This document shows, piece by piece, positions 29,145 to 40,307 of a stretch of DNA of 64,000 bases. The notes under the pieces are model-generated. The model had not been told where the DNA came from and ran no database searches. It saw only the letters and a program-made list of their open reading frames with translations. The DNA comes from an uncultured Alphaproteobacteria bacterium (lineage in GTDB: Bacteria; Pseudomonadota; Alphaproteobacteria; Methylaequorales; Methylaequoraceae): NCBI GenBank assembly GCA_902567115.1, contig CACFLF010000001.1, positions 13,029 through 77,028 on the forward strand, written 5' to 3'. A program made the translations under genes and the position numbers. Positions within the stretch are counted from its first letter, which is position 1. Every line of letters begins with the position of its first letter.

Positions 29145-30347
29145 ATGAATAAAAAAAAAAAAGTTGTTCTAGCCTTTTCTGGAGGTCTTGATACATCTGT
29201 AATTTTAAAATGGCTTCAAAATGAAAGAAATTTAGAAGTTGTGACTTTCACTGCCGATATTGGACAAGGAAGTGAGGTTAAAGAGGCCAAAGATAAGGCT
29301 TTAAAACTTGGAGTAAAACAAATTTTTATTGACGACCTTAAAGAAGACTTCGTTAAAGATTATGTATTTCCTATGTTCAGAGCTAATGCAGTTTATGAAG
29401 GTTACTATCTTCTAGGGACATCAATAGCAAGACCATTAATAGCAAAAAAACAACTTGAAATTGCAAAAAAAGTAGGTGCAGACTTCGTTGCACACGGCTC
29501 AACGGGGAAGGGTAATGATCAAATTAGATTTGAGTTGGGATATTATGCATTAAACCCAAAAATTAAAGTCATTGCTCCTTGGAGAGAATGGAATTTAAAA
29601 TCTAGAAAGGATTTGATAGAATATGCTAAAAAATCACAAATTTCTGTTTCACCTGAAAATAGTGATGACCCACCTTATTCAATGGATGCAAATCTCCTGC
29701 ATACATCATATGAAGGAAAAATTTTGGAGGATCCTTGGACTCAGCCAAACGAGTCAATGTACACAAGAACGATTTCTTGTCAGGATGCTCCTAACACCCC
29801 AACAATAATTGATTTAGAGTTTTTCAAGGGAGATTTAATTTCTATTAATGGAGAAAAACTATCACCTGCTAAACTTCTCGCTCGATTAAATAAAATAGGT
29901 GGTGAAAATGGAATTGGAAGAATTGATATTGTTGAAAATAGATTTGTAGGCATGAAATCAAGAGGTGTGTACGAAACTCCTGGAGGCGAAATTATTCTTG
30001 CTTCAAGAAGAGCAATAGAAAGTATTACACTTGATAAGTCTTCAGCTCATTTGAAAGATGAATTAATGCCCAAGTATGCAGAATTAATCTACAACGGTTT
30101 CTGGTTTTCTCCAGAAAGAGAAATGTTACAGTCATTGATTGATAAATCACAAGAAAATGTCGAGGGTACTGTAAAGTTAAAAATATATAAAGGAAATATT
30201 ATTATACTAGGAAGAAAGTCAAAAAATAGTCTTTATAGTAGTGAAATGGCAACTTTTGAAGAAGACTCAATTTATAATCAAAAAGATGCTGAAGGGTTCA
30301 TAAAATTAAACGCACTCAGGCTCAAACTACTCAAGAATAGACGATAA
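29145..30347 (+). CDS. argG: Argininosuccinate synthase (start re-called to ATG 29145)
   Basis: [19 protein letters not shown] (PP-loop AFSGGLDTS). The track's upstream extension overlaps the IalB gene. Confidence 0.9.
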   Translation: MNKKKKVVLAFSGGLDTSVILKWLQNERNLEVVTFTADIGQGSEVKEAKDKALKLGVKQIFIDDLKEDFVKDYVFPMFRANAVYEGYYLLGTSIARPLIAKKQLEIAKKVGADFVAHGSTGKGNDQIRFELGYYALNPKIKVIAPWREWNLKSRKDLIEYAKKSQISVSPENSDDPPYSMDANLLHTSYEGKILEDPWTQPNESMYTRTISCQDAPNTPTIIDLEFFKGDLISINGEKLSPAKLLARLNKIGGENGIGRIDIVENRFVGMKSRGVYETPGGEIILASRRAIESITLDKSSAHLKDELMPKYAELIYNGFWFSPEREMLQSLIDKSQENVEGTVKLKIYKGNIIILGRKSKNSLYSSEMATFEEDSIYNQKDAEGFIKLNALRLKLLKNRR

Positions 30348-31223
30348 ATCAGGAGTTGGTTGGTTAAACTGAGGATAAGATGCAAGAAGTGTGTTCAGAA
30401 GTAGACAGGCTATTGTCATGGGTCCTACTCCACCAGGAACTGGAGTGATGAGAGAGCATTTTGTTAGACAATCGTCATAATCAACATCTCCAACTAGAAT
30501 TTTCTTTTCATCTCTTTCAATTCTGTTAATTCCGACATCGATTATGATCGAACCTTCCTTGATCCAATTTGACTTAACCATTTCTGGAATTCCAACAGCA
30601 GCCACAACAATGTCAGCATCCTTGCAGACAGATTCCAAGTCCTTTGTTCTTGAATGACATATTGTTACAGTCGCGTTCATTCCAAGAAGAAGTGCTGCCA
30701 TTGGTTTACCAACTATATTTGATCTTCCAATTATTACTGCATGTTTTCCTGATAAATCTTTTGAAATCTTTTTTACAAGAATACTGCAACCTAAAGGTGT
30801 GCAAGGAACAAGTGAATTTAGACCTGACCAGAGTTTTCCAACATTATTGGCATGAAAACCGTCAACATCTTTTTCAGGTTTTATTCTATCTAAAATTTTA
30901 TCTGAGTTTACATGTTCTGGTAGTGGTAATTGTACAAGAATTCCTTGTACATTTTCGTCATTATTTAATTTGTCAACTAAATCAATTAATTCGTTCTCAG
31001 ATACTTTCTCGCTTAATTTATGTTCAATTGAATTAAAACCAACTTCAATTGTTTTTTCAATTTTATTCTTAACATAAACCCTACTAGCCGGGTTTTCGCC
31101 AACAAGTACAACTGCCAGTCCTGGGACTTTTCCTGTTTCACTTTTAAGTTGATCTCCAAATTTTTTAACTTTTTCTCTTATTTCAGAAGATATAAGTTTT
31201 CCATCTATTATTTTATTGTCCAT
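30327..31223 (-). CDS. folD: Bifunctional methylenetetrahydrofolate dehydrogenase/cyclohydrolase
   Basis: FolD-like throughout ([19 protein letters not shown]...); 298 aa. Confidence 0.9.
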   Translation of the reverse strand: MDNKIIDGKLISSEIREKVKKFGDQLKSETGKVPGLAVVLVGENPASRVYVKNKIEKTIEVGFNSIEHKLSEKVSENELIDLVDKLNNDENVQGILVQLPLPEHVNSDKILDRIKPEKDVDGFHANNVGKLWSGLNSLVPCTPLGCSILVKKISKDLSGKHAVIIGRSNIVGKPMAALLLGMNATVTICHSRTKDLESVCKDADIVVAAVGIPEMVKSNWIKEGSIIIDVGINRIERDEKKILVGDVDYDDCLTKCSLITPVPGGVGPMTIACLLLNTLLASYPQFNQPTPDLSSILE

Positions 31224-31224
31224 A

Positions 31225-31512
31225 TTAGAATCCGTATTTTGTCATAATATATTGTAAAGCTTCAATTACTATTATTAATATTACAGGTGAAACATCAATC
31301 GCACCGAAGTTTGGGATAACATTTCTTATAACTCTTAGAAGCGGTTCGATCAACTTAAATAAAAAATCCATTACAATTGTAATTATTCTATTGTTAGTGT
31401 TAATAATATTAAATGAAATTAACATGCTTAAAATTACATAAATTATTACTGCATATTTATAAAACTGCAAAATTTGAAAAATGATGTATAAAAAAAAATC
31501 TACAAAATACAT
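31225..31512 (-). CDS. YggT-family membrane protein
   Basis: 95 aa, 2 TM; YggT-like pattern (R...NFGAIDVSP). Confidence 0.65.
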   Translation of the reverse strand: MYFVDFFLYIIFQILQFYKYAVIIYVILSMLISFNIINTNNRIITIVMDFLFKLIEPLLRVIRNVIPNFGAIDVSPVILIIVIEALQYIMTKYGF

Positions 31513-31530
31513 AATTTATAAGAATCTATT

Positions 31531-32889
31531 ATGAAAAGCAAAACTGATCAATTAGATTTTGATTTTAGTAGACCTATTGATTTTCAAAGAAACATTAGTT
31601 CAGAAATTATTGATGATTGTGTTTCTGAGTTTTTCAAAGAAAATAAAAATTCTCTATTAAAGAAACACTTAAAAATTTTAATACTCGAGCTTTTCTATTG
31701 CTGGATTGAATCTGATAAACAATTTCTTACTGTATCGATGTCAAAGAGAGGTTATAACTCCAAATCTAGATATAATCCCAACAATATATCTTCTTACATG
31801 ATAAAAGTTGTTAACTTATTGGTTAAAAATAAACTAATAAATTTTCATGCTGGTTTTTATGACACTAGAACAAAAAAAAGTAGATTGACTAGAATTAAAT
31901 CTTCAAAAATATTGATAAATCAATTTGAAAAAATTAAATTACTAACCACTCAAGGAGTAAATCATAAAAAAAAAGAATATCTTTTAATTTACAATAAAGG
32001 AAAATTATTTGAATATAAAGATTCTTATGACACCCAAGAAATAAGAGTAGTTCTAGAAAATTATAATAAAATTATTTCAAAAACTCTTTTTGATATTCCA
32101 AGTTTTGAGGGAAAGATTTTAGTAAGAGGTGACAATAAAAAAATTACCATTTCTCCTTTTTCTTCGATTTTTTATAAAACAGAGATTGAAAAATTAGACG
32201 AAGGGTTAATTGGAGGTTGCTGGTGGAATATGATTGATTTGCACCTGTTTTTGAATATTAAAAATAAACTAACAATAAATAACAAGAAAACAAGCTATTT
32301 AGACTTAACAAATTATTTTGCCAATTATTTGAGTTTGATTTCAAATTCAAATATTTCTATTCAACAAAAGTCTTTCTCTAAAGTGTTGGGTTATGATCAA
32401 TTATGTCATTTAATAATGAAAGGATTTAGATCAAAAACATCCAAAAGCTTTTTGAATTCTGTATTCAGAGAAAAAAAGAAATTTTCATTACAAAATTTCA
32501 CTTCGAATGAAATAGATGAAGCAATAAAAAATCACATAATGAATAATCAAAGACTCCAAAGATTTTTGTATAAAGGAAAAGATATTGGTTGGAATTTTCT
32601 TGTTTCTAAAATTTTCTTCAGGTTAGTCTCAGAAATTACTGGTATTAAGATTCCAGTTTTTTTAGTAAGGGACAAGATTTATTTTCCTACAGATAAAGAA
32701 TCTTTGATCTTTGAGAAGTTAGAGAAAATCCTTTTCAGTGAATTACATATTAATAATTTAAAGTTACATTCTGATAAAGCGTCTGATTTTACCTTTGAAA
32801 AAAGAAATTTTTTTGGAAGATTAGTTAAATCCAATGTTGATTTTTCTAAAAGATATTTAGATAATAAAAAATTATTTGGAGTGGAGTAA
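31531..32889 (+). CDS. Hypothetical protein, 452 aa, no recognisable domain
   Basis: Long uninterrupted ORF, soluble, Lys/Asn-rich; I recognise no catalytic motif. Followed 6 nt downstream by a cNMP-binding protein. Confidence 0.5.
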   Translation: MKSKTDQLDFDFSRPIDFQRNISSEIIDDCVSEFFKENKNSLLKKHLKILILELFYCWIESDKQFLTVSMSKRGYNSKSRYNPNNISSYMIKVVNLLVKNKLINFHAGFYDTRTKKSRLTRIKSSKILINQFEKIKLLTTQGVNHKKKEYLLIYNKGKLFEYKDSYDTQEIRVVLENYNKIISKTLFDIPSFEGKILVRGDNKKITISPFSSIFYKTEIEKLDEGLIGGCWWNMIDLHLFLNIKNKLTINNKKTSYLDLTNYFANYLSLISNSNISIQQKSFSKVLGYDQLCHLIMKGFRSKTSKSFLNSVFREKKKFSLQNFTSNEIDEAIKNHIMNNQRLQRFLYKGKDIGWNFLVSKIFFRLVSEITGIKIPVFLVRDKIYFPTDKESLIFEKLEKILFSELHINNLKLHSDKASDFTFEKRNFFGRLVKSNVDFSKRYLDNKKLFGVE

Positions 32890-32895
32890 ATCGGG

Positions 32896-33294
32896 ATGAA
32901 AAAAATAGGAATCAATCAACTAAAATTTAGTAGAGGAAAAAAAATATACACTAAAGGCGATGCAGCCCATTTCGCTTATTATGTTCATTCTGGAAGTGTT
33001 AATATTTATAGTCCTGGTGGCCTTTTACTTGGAAAAATTGGGGAAGGGGAAATTTTTGGTGAAAGAGGACCTTCATTAGACGAATCTAGATCAGTAACAG
33101 CAGAAGCAGACTCAAACTGTATTCTGTATCCAATAGATGAAAAAAATTTAAAACAAAAACTTAAGGAAGCAGATCCTGTGGTTAGAGCAATTGTGAGGAG
33201 TTTGTTAATGAGATTGAATGATATAAATTTAAAAAGTGAAGATTTTTGGAGAAATCTAAATGTCGTAACTTCTCTATCAAACGACGACAATTAA
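32896..33294 (+). CDS. Stand-alone cyclic-nucleotide-binding (cNMP/CAP effector) domain protein
   Basis: GEGEIFGERGPSLDESRSVTAEADSNCILYPID matches the cNMP-binding beta-roll (FGE...R.A). RBS GGAGTGGAG upstream. 132 aa with no DNA-binding or enzymatic domain attached. Confidence 0.75.
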   Translation: MKKIGINQLKFSRGKKIYTKGDAAHFAYYVHSGSVNIYSPGGLLLGKIGEGEIFGERGPSLDESRSVTAEADSNCILYPIDEKNLKQKLKEADPVVRAIVRSLLMRLNDINLKSEDFWRNLNVVTSLSNDDN

Positions 33295-34571
33295 AGTGTG
33301 TTCTTACCTTGTCGATGAAGTGTGTTTTCCTCACCCTGAACAAGGTTCCAAAAGTCCTTCATGTAATCATCACTAAATCTGTTAATACTAAATTTTTTAT
33401 AGTCAAATTTTCCAGTAACATTTGATTCATTAAGAATTTCTTCTGCAATGCTTTCTCCTAACACTGGGCAATACTTCATGGCTTGCCCTGATCCCAAATT
33501 ATGGAAGAGATTATTGAATTTACTGTCCTTCCCTAAAATAAATCTTAAGTCTGGTGTAATATCAAAGAATGATCTGTAACCGGAAGCGTATACTGTTTTA
33601 TCAATATTTGAGAATCTTTTTTTTGAAATATCTTCATAATTTTTTATTTGATTATATGCAAGAGACTGATTCATTGGTTCATTTAGGTATTCACCACCGT
33701 TGACGGAAGTAAGATCGTTTAAAAAATTTTTAGCAATTTCATAAACAGATCTCTTTCTTGGTTGGTGAGCGTGCATTTTATTCCCTCTCCATGATCTGAA
33801 ATAACAGAGGTTAGTGTAGTCAGCTACTATTGGATATTCGTATCTAATCTGTTTTGGGCTTTCCATCCAATTTACAACTGAAACAGGTTCAATTGTTACT
33901 GGTATTTTTAAACCTATCTTTGAAAATAACTGCGAACTCCAGGCTCCAGTTGCATTAACAAAATTTTTGGCGTCTAGTTTTCCATTATTAGTTGTAATGC
34001 CTATTATTTCTTTACCTTTGGTTAAAATTGTATCAACCTCAGTTTTTTCCATTAAAATCACACCATTTTCATCTATTGCATTGTAAAGAGTTGACCGGAG
34101 GATACTAGGATCTAACTGGAATGCGGCTGGCTCGTAAAAATAAGATTCATTTTCATCTGTAAGTAAAGTTTCGCCGCATTTTTGAGTGGCTGAATTTGTA
34201 TCAATTTCTTCGAAGACTAACTGGATTTTGCTCATTCTGTCAGATAGATCAGACCATGCAGGATTTTCTCCATCCGCATTTTTTTTTGCTATCCAAATAG
34301 CGCCAAATTCATCAATATCCATATCTAATCCCCAGACTGAAGAGAGATTTTTCCACATTTTAGAACTCATTGATGCCATAATAGAAGCATCAGGATCTGC
34401 ATTTGCTGACCTAACAATGCCTGAATGTCTAGAAGACTCAGCTGCGCATAGAACAGCTTTTTCTACTAAACAAACTTTATCACCTTTTCCTAGTTTATTA
34501 AGTTTTCTTTGGAGAGAAATAGCTGCTGCTGCACCTAAACATCCTCCACCGATAACAATTGTATGATACAT
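33291..34571 (-). CDS. FAD-dependent oxidoreductase (DAO / sarcosine-oxidase-beta-like family)
   Basis: MYHTIVIGGGCLGAAAA dinucleotide-binding N-terminus; 426 aa. Confidence 0.8.
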   Translation of the reverse strand: MYHTIVIGGGCLGAAAAISLQRKLNKLGKGDKVCLVEKAVLCAAESSRHSGIVRSANADPDASIMASMSSKMWKNLSSVWGLDMDIDEFGAIWIAKKNADGENPAWSDLSDRMSKIQLVFEEIDTNSATQKCGETLLTDENESYFYEPAAFQLDPSILRSTLYNAIDENGVILMEKTEVDTILTKGKEIIGITTNNGKLDAKNFVNATGAWSSQLFSKIGLKIPVTIEPVSVVNWMESPKQIRYEYPIVADYTNLCYFRSWRGNKMHAHQPRKRSVYEIAKNFLNDLTSVNGGEYLNEPMNQSLAYNQIKNYEDISKKRFSNIDKTVYASGYRSFFDITPDLRFILGKDSKFNNLFHNLGSGQAMKYCPVLGESIAEEILNESNVTGKFDYKKFSINRFSDDYMKDFWNLVQGEENTLHRQGKNTL

Positions 34572-34633
34572 TTTTTTTTTGTATTTAAAGTCTATATTAT
34601 TATAAGACTAGCATATAATAATAAAAAAATTAA

Positions 34634-36049
34634 TTGCAACAAAAATTTATGAACAGAGATAGATCAAAAAAAATTAAGGGAAAAGGTTGGAATGGAATTG
34701 CTATACATTTAAAAGAAACAGAAAATTTTGATCTTTTAAATTTAGTTGAAATGAATCCCGTTAAATATCCGTATTTTTTGGAGAGTTCTTCCAGAGGGAA
34801 TATATTAAACCGATATTCAATTGTTTTTTATAAGCCCGAGGTCTTATTAGTCAAAAATTCAGCTAACATCCATTTTCTAAATGAATTTGACAAACTTTGG
34901 GATAAAAACAAGGTTGAACAGGATGAAATGATATATGAAGGTAATCAAATTCCATTTTATGGTGGATGGTTTGTTTACCTAGGTTATGAAATTGCAAAAG
35001 AAATTGAAAAAAAAATTGTTATACCAGCGTCCCCTTATTTTTTACCTGATGCTTTTGCAGCTAGGGTAAATACTTCAATTATTTATGATCACGTTAAAAA
35101 AATTCTAATTTTGACAAGTGATAAAAATTTATTTTCTCAAGATTTCAACGACATCTTAAGTGATTTAGATAAATCAAAATTTTCACATGAAAATTTTAAC
35201 TCCAAAGGCTCTGTGAAGATTTTTTCAAAAGGAACTTCAATTGAACATCAAACACAAGTTAAGTCATGCATTGATTACATTTATCAAGGTGAGATTTTCC
35301 AAGCAAATTTATCAAGATTATGGAGGTTTAAGGTAGATGAAGAATTAAACGATATCGACATTTACAGAAAACTAAGGGAAAAAAATCCCGCCCCATTCGC
35401 AGGAATAGTTAGATATAAGAAAAGCTCAATTATTAGCTCTTCCCCTGAAAGATTAATATCTATTTTTGGTGATCATTTGCAGACTAGACCTATTGCCGGC
35501 ACACGACCTAGGGGAACATCTGGAATTGTTGATGTAGAACTGACCAGAGAATTAATTAATTCGGATAAAGAGAAGGCCGAGCATTTGATGTTAGTTGATC
35601 TAGAAAGAAATGATATTTCAAAAGTTTGCGAACCAGGAAGTGTAAAAGTTGACGAAATGATGAGCATAGAGTCTTATGCGCATGTTCATCATATCGTTTC
35701 TAATATAAGTGGTAAAAAAAGAAAAAATATAAATCCTGGGGAAATTATAAAATCAGTTTTTCCAGGTGGAACAATTACAGGTTGTCCAAAAGTAAGATGC
35801 ATGGAGATACTTGCAGAATTAGAAAAAGAGGGAAGAGGTCCTTACACAGGATCATTTGGATACGTCACTCATAGTGGAAATATGGATATAAACATTTTGA
35901 TAAGAACAATTTTGAAAGAAAATAATGATCTCTTCTTTAGAGCTGGTGGAGGAATTGTTGCAGATTCAATTCCACAGAACGAAACACTTGAAACAGAAGC
36001 TAAAGCCAATGGAATGCTGAAAGCAGTTGGGTCCTTTAAAGATGAGTGA
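34634..36049 (+). CDS. pabB: Aminodeoxychorismate synthase component I / chorismate-binding enzyme
   Basis: Chorismate-binding C-terminal domain motifs ([25 protein letters not shown]); 471 aa. Confidence 0.75.
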   Translation: MQQKFMNRDRSKKIKGKGWNGIAIHLKETENFDLLNLVEMNPVKYPYFLESSSRGNILNRYSIVFYKPEVLLVKNSANIHFLNEFDKLWDKNKVEQDEMIYEGNQIPFYGGWFVYLGYEIAKEIEKKIVIPASPYFLPDAFAARVNTSIIYDHVKKILILTSDKNLFSQDFNDILSDLDKSKFSHENFNSKGSVKIFSKGTSIEHQTQVKSCIDYIYQGEIFQANLSRLWRFKVDEELNDIDIYRKLREKNPAPFAGIVRYKKSSIISSSPERLISIFGDHLQTRPIAGTRPRGTSGIVDVELTRELINSDKEKAEHLMLVDLERNDISKVCEPGSVKVDEMMSIESYAHVHHIVSNISGKKRKNINPGEIIKSVFPGGTITGCPKVRCMEILAELEKEGRGPYTGSFGYVTHSGNMDINILIRTILKENNDLFFRAGGGIVADSIPQNETLETEAKANGMLKAVGSFKDE

Positions 36050-36923
36050 TTTTATATCTTTAATAAACGGAGAATTTTCAAAGCATATTTCTGTAATTGA
36101 TAGAGGTCTTTCATACGGTGATGGTTTGTTTGAAACAATGTCCTGGTCTTATTTAGATGATGAAAAGGTTTTAGGTGTAGAATTCTGGGATAGACATATA
36201 GAAAGAATAAAACAAGGTTGCTTAATTACAAAAATAAAATCGCCACCAGCAGAAATTTTAACAAATTACAAAGAAAAGATTCTTAATGAATGCTTGAGAA
36301 AAGGAATTAAGAATGGTGTTTTGAAAATTCTAATTACTAGAGGAATTGGTGGAAGGGGATATAAATTTGAAAAAGAAATCGTCCCCACGATCATCTTTTT
36401 AAGTTTTCCAGCAAAAGAGATGAATAAAAAAACTCTAAATACAGGAGTGAAATTAAGATTTTGTGAATTTCCAATATTTGAAAATTCAATGCTCGCTGGA
36501 TTGAAACATTTAAATAGAATTGATTCAGTCATGGCTAGATCAGAATGGGAGGAAGATGAATTCTTTGATGGGGTGATGTTAGACAATTCAGAGAGTATTA
36601 TTGACGGTACAATGACTAACTTATTTTTCTCAAAGAATAATGTTCTTTATACTCCAATAATTAAAAAAAGCGGTATCAATGGGATAATGAGACAAGTGGT
36701 TATTGATAATGCTAAATTATTTTTTAAAGAAGTTTGTGAAATTGAAATTAAAAGAAAAAATATTTCAACTTTCGATGAGATGTTTGTTACAAATTCAGTA
36801 ATTAAAATATTGCCGGTTACACATCTAAGTAATAAAAAATTTAAAATAACTGATGCAACTAGAAATATGATCAATTTTTTTTTTAAAAAAAGTAAAAGAT
36901 CTAAAAATTTAGAACTAGTTTAG
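36027..36923 (+). CDS. pabC: Aminodeoxychorismate lyase / class IV aminotransferase fold
   Basis: Follows and overlaps pabB; class IV PLP enzyme pattern (GLFETM...); 298 aa. Confidence 0.65.
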   Translation: MGPLKMSDFISLINGEFSKHISVIDRGLSYGDGLFETMSWSYLDDEKVLGVEFWDRHIERIKQGCLITKIKSPPAEILTNYKEKILNECLRKGIKNGVLKILITRGIGGRGYKFEKEIVPTIIFLSFPAKEMNKKTLNTGVKLRFCEFPIFENSMLAGLKHLNRIDSVMARSEWEEDEFFDGVMLDNSESIIDGTMTNLFFSKNNVLYTPIIKKSGINGIMRQVVIDNAKLFFKEVCEIEIKRKNISTFDEMFVTNSVIKILPVTHLSNKKFKITDATRNMINFFFKKSKRSKNLELV

Positions 36924-37550
36924 ATTATATTTTTTTTTTATACTTTCTAAGTATTCTTTTTCTCCTTTTTTAATAATAGTAAGCTCTTTATATTCATTTA
37001 TCGCTTTCACTTGCATATAGTTGTTAGTAAAAATTTCTATTAGTAGCTCTCTTGCTTTTATATTTGAAGGGTAAAGATTTTTTAATATTTTAAGATACTT
37101 TTCTGCACTCTCTGTTTGATTTGTTTTTTTTTTAAGCAGAGCAATTTCAAGTAAGATATTTTCATTTTTTGGAAAAAGTTCTAATGCGTTTTTATAATAT
37201 TTATCTGCTTTTTGATAGTGTCCACTAAATACACACGTTCGTGAGAGAATTAACCAACCTTGAAGATCGTTTGGTTCTTTTTTTAATTTTTTTTCTAGAA
37301 AAATGATTAAAACCTGGGGACTTATACTTTTAAAATTTTCAGGATCGTTTATTCCGTCTTGCACGATTTTATTTATTTTTTTCTCAAAGAAGAAAGTTTC
37401 AAGATTTCCTTTAGAGAAATAAATTATTGTTGTAGGAATAGTTATAAGAAAAAAGACGAGAAAAAATCCAAAAGTTTTTCTCTGGAATTTATTAAGGTAC
37501 AAAACGCTCAGTGTTATTATTATGAAGAAAAAAACCAAACTAAGAAACAT
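36915..37550 (-). CDS. ccmI: Cytochrome c-type biogenesis protein CcmI-like (TM + TPR)
   Basis: Two N-terminal TM helices followed by TPR-like repeats; located immediately after ccmH. Confidence 0.5.
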   Translation of the reverse strand: MFLSLVFFFIIITLSVLYLNKFQRKTFGFFLVFFLITIPTTIIYFSKGNLETFFFEKKINKIVQDGINDPENFKSISPQVLIIFLEKKLKKEPNDLQGWLILSRTCVFSGHYQKADKYYKNALELFPKNENILLEIALLKKKTNQTESAEKYLKILKNLYPSNIKARELLIEIFTNNYMQVKAINEYKELTIIKKGEKEYLESIKKKYNLN

Positions 37551-37918
37551 TATCTTTTTCTAAAAAAGTAAAATGTTAATAAGATAAAAAAGGAGATTGG
37601 TAACAACCATAAGCCAGCTGTGTCAAATCTTAATGGTGGAGAGAAAAGGACGAAATCACCATATTTTGAGTGAATAAAATCCATTATTTCTTCTTTGGAT
37701 TCACCTTTTTCGAGTTTGATTCGTACAATTTTTCTTAAATCTTTGGCTATATCAGCATTTGAATTCTGAATATCTTCGTTTTGACAAACCAAGCATCTTA
37801 GTTCTTTGCCAATTGCTCTTGCTTGAGCTTCTAATTCTTTGTTTTTTAAAATTTCGTTTGGTTCTATTGCAACGGCTTCCGATATAATAATATTTATAAA
37901 AAAAATAAAAATAATCAT
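37550..37918 (-). CDS. ccmH: Cytochrome c-type biogenesis protein CcmH
   Basis: LRCLVCQNEDIQNSNADIAKDLR signature; 122 aa. Confidence 0.8.
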   Translation of the reverse strand: MIIFIFFINIIISEAVAIEPNEILKNKELEAQARAIGKELRCLVCQNEDIQNSNADIAKDLRKIVRIKLEKGESKEEIMDFIHSKYGDFVLFSPPLRFDTAGLWLLPISFFILLTFYFFRKR

Positions 37919-38415
37919 TATTTTTTTTTTGTTAAATTTTTAAAAATTTCAAGATCTCTCTTCATAATTGGACCTACATGTCTGTACTTTACTAATCCAT
38001 CTTGTATTATGAAAGTTTCAGGTAATCCATAAACTCCCCAGTTTATACTTTGAAGACCGTTATGATCCATTCCAATTAATTCATATGGACTACCAAGTTC
38101 TTCCAACCATGGGAGTAAATCTTTTTTTTTATTCTTTTTTGCAATCCCAAATACTGGAATGATGTTACTTAATTGTAAAAGTTGAGGATGTTCAATTTTA
38201 CAAGGGGGACACCATGATGCAAAAAAATTTAAGATAACAACTCCTTTATTTTCTAGATCAACATTGGTGAAATTTTTTCCTTGAAGAGATTCAATTGAAA
38301 ATTCAGGAATCTCTTTAGAAATTAGATTTGAAGGAACCAAATTTGGATCTTTTTGGAGTCCTTCATATAAAATGTAGATACAGAAAAAAAACACACAAAA
38401 AAGAAAATATTTCAT
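37918..38415 (-). CDS. ccmG: Thiol:disulfide interchange protein CcmG/DsbE
   Basis: Thioredoxin-fold WCPPC active site; 165 aa. Confidence 0.85.
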   Translation of the reverse strand: MKYFLFCVFFFCIYILYEGLQKDPNLVPSNLISKEIPEFSIESLQGKNFTNVDLENKGVVILNFFASWCPPCKIEHPQLLQLSNIIPVFGIAKKNKKKDLLPWLEELGSPYELIGMDHNGLQSINWGVYGLPETFIIQDGLVKYRHVGPIMKRDLEIFKNLTKKK

Positions 38416-40307
38416 TATTTCCTTGATAAACTATTTAGAAATGAAAGTGAACCACCCGAAGCAAGAAAAAAAACACCAATCCATATCCAAATGGTGAATG
38501 GATTAAACCAAATCCTTGTAGTCCATTTGGTTTTGTCTTCGTGAACATCTCCTATTGCGATGTATAGATCTCCAAAAATGCTTGAATGTATAGCCGCTTC
38601 AGTTGTAACTTGTTTACCTGCATTATAGAACCTTTTCTCTGGTCTAAGAATCTTAATTTGTTCACCTTGTTTTTTTATTGAAAAAACACCCATCTGACTG
38701 ATGTAGTTTGGTCCTTCTATTTTTTTAACACCAAGAAACTCTACATCAAAGTTTTTAATTTTTAATGACTGGCCTACTTCTTGGAATTGAATTTTTTCTT
38801 GTTTAAGAATACTACTTCCTGTAGCTCCAATAATTAACAAACCAATTCCAATATGTGCAGTAATTTGAGCAAAGATTTTTTTTGGAACTCTTAATTTTTT
38901 ATTTATGAACTGAAAGGCTTCAAATAAAGAACTGAAAATTATCCAACATCCTAATGCTATAAATATAACAGATAAAATAGGGGTTTTATAATTTAGATAC
39001 CACACTAAGAGTGAAATTATAAAAAAACACAAGATAAGAATTTTTATTCTATTTAGCAACACAATAAGATCATCTTTCCCCCATTTAGTATATGGACCAA
39101 TAATCATACCTGCAATAAAAGGAAACATTACAGGCATTAGTATTGAGTTAAAAAAAGGCGCTCCAACTGAAATTTTTGAGTTAAACAAAACGCTAGCAAA
39201 TAATGGATAAATTGTTCCTACTAAAATTGTAAAAGTTAAAGAAAGCATGAAAATATTATTCAAAGAAATCATTCCTTCTCTAGAAATCAAGGTGATATCT
39301 GCGCGCCTCAATTGTATATTTTTGTTAATGTATTTAAAAATACCAAAAAAGCTAATAGAAGCTAAAAGAATAAGAATGTAAACCCCTCTTGTTGGATCAT
39401 TGGCAAATGCATGAACAGAAACCAAAACACCAGATCGGACTAAAAATGTTCCGAGTAGACTCAGTATGAACGTTAGAATTGAAAGGATAATCGTCCAATT
39501 TATAAAAATTTTCTTTTTATCGGCAACAACAATTGTATGAAGAAGTGCCGAGGCAGTCAGCCAGGGTAGCAAAGAGGCATTCTCAACAGGATCCCAAAAC
39601 CAAAATCCCCCCCATCCTAATTCATAATATGCCCACCAACTACCAAGACCTATTCCGCATGTTAAGAAGATCCAGGATATAAAAACCCACGGCTTTAGAA
39701 TTTTTATAAAGTAGTTTTTTACTCCATCCGACAAAGCAGCGACTGATATGGAGTAAATTATTGAAAAACCAACATATCCAAGATAAAGGAAAGGTGGGTG
39801 TATGGCTAGTCCTGGGTCTTGCAAAAGTGGATTTAAGTCACCTCCTTCAATTGGATATGGAAAAGATTTTTTAAATGGATTGGATGTAAAAATTATAAAA
39901 GATACTACTAAAAAGCATAAACTATTTTGAATTTTGAGAACATCATTTTTAAATTTTTCAGTGGCTGAACTATTCTTGGAAAATAAAAAACCAAAAAAAG
40001 TCATTACTAATAACCATAAAAGTATTGATCCTTCGTGATTACCCCAGACGCCAGTAAATTTATAAATTGTTGGAAGTTGGCTGTTTGAGTTCTGAGCAAC
40101 AACATTTAAAGAAAAATCAGAAATTAAAAAAGAGTAGGTTAAAGAAATGTAGGAACTTAAAGTGAAAAAAAAAATTAAGTTAGTTACCTTTAGATGGTTC
40201 AAAACAAAAAGTCTTGAATTAAAATGTGAATAAATCAGTTGTGCGAAGCTAAAACTTGAAATAACAAGAGTTAAGGTCAAAAACAAAAAGCCAATTTCAG
40301 AAATCAT
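38415..40307 (-). CDS. ccmF: Cytochrome c-type biogenesis protein CcmF
   Basis: 630 aa polytopic; CcmF-like including WGGFWFWDPVEN (WWD domain). Confidence 0.9.
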   Translation of the reverse strand: MISEIGFLFLTLTLVISSFSFAQLIYSHFNSRLFVLNHLKVTNLIFFFTLSSYISLTYSFLISDFSLNVVAQNSNSQLPTIYKFTGVWGNHEGSILLWLLVMTFFGFLFSKNSSATEKFKNDVLKIQNSLCFLVVSFIIFTSNPFKKSFPYPIEGGDLNPLLQDPGLAIHPPFLYLGYVGFSIIYSISVAALSDGVKNYFIKILKPWVFISWIFLTCGIGLGSWWAYYELGWGGFWFWDPVENASLLPWLTASALLHTIVVADKKKIFINWTIILSILTFILSLLGTFLVRSGVLVSVHAFANDPTRGVYILILLASISFFGIFKYINKNIQLRRADITLISREGMISLNNIFMLSLTFTILVGTIYPLFASVLFNSKISVGAPFFNSILMPVMFPFIAGMIIGPYTKWGKDDLIVLLNRIKILILCFFIISLLVWYLNYKTPILSVIFIALGCWIIFSSLFEAFQFINKKLRVPKKIFAQITAHIGIGLLIIGATGSSILKQEKIQFQEVGQSLKIKNFDVEFLGVKKIEGPNYISQMGVFSIKKQGEQIKILRPEKRFYNAGKQVTTEAAIHSSIFGDLYIAIGDVHEDKTKWTTRIWFNPFTIWIWIGVFFLASGGSLSFLNSLSRK

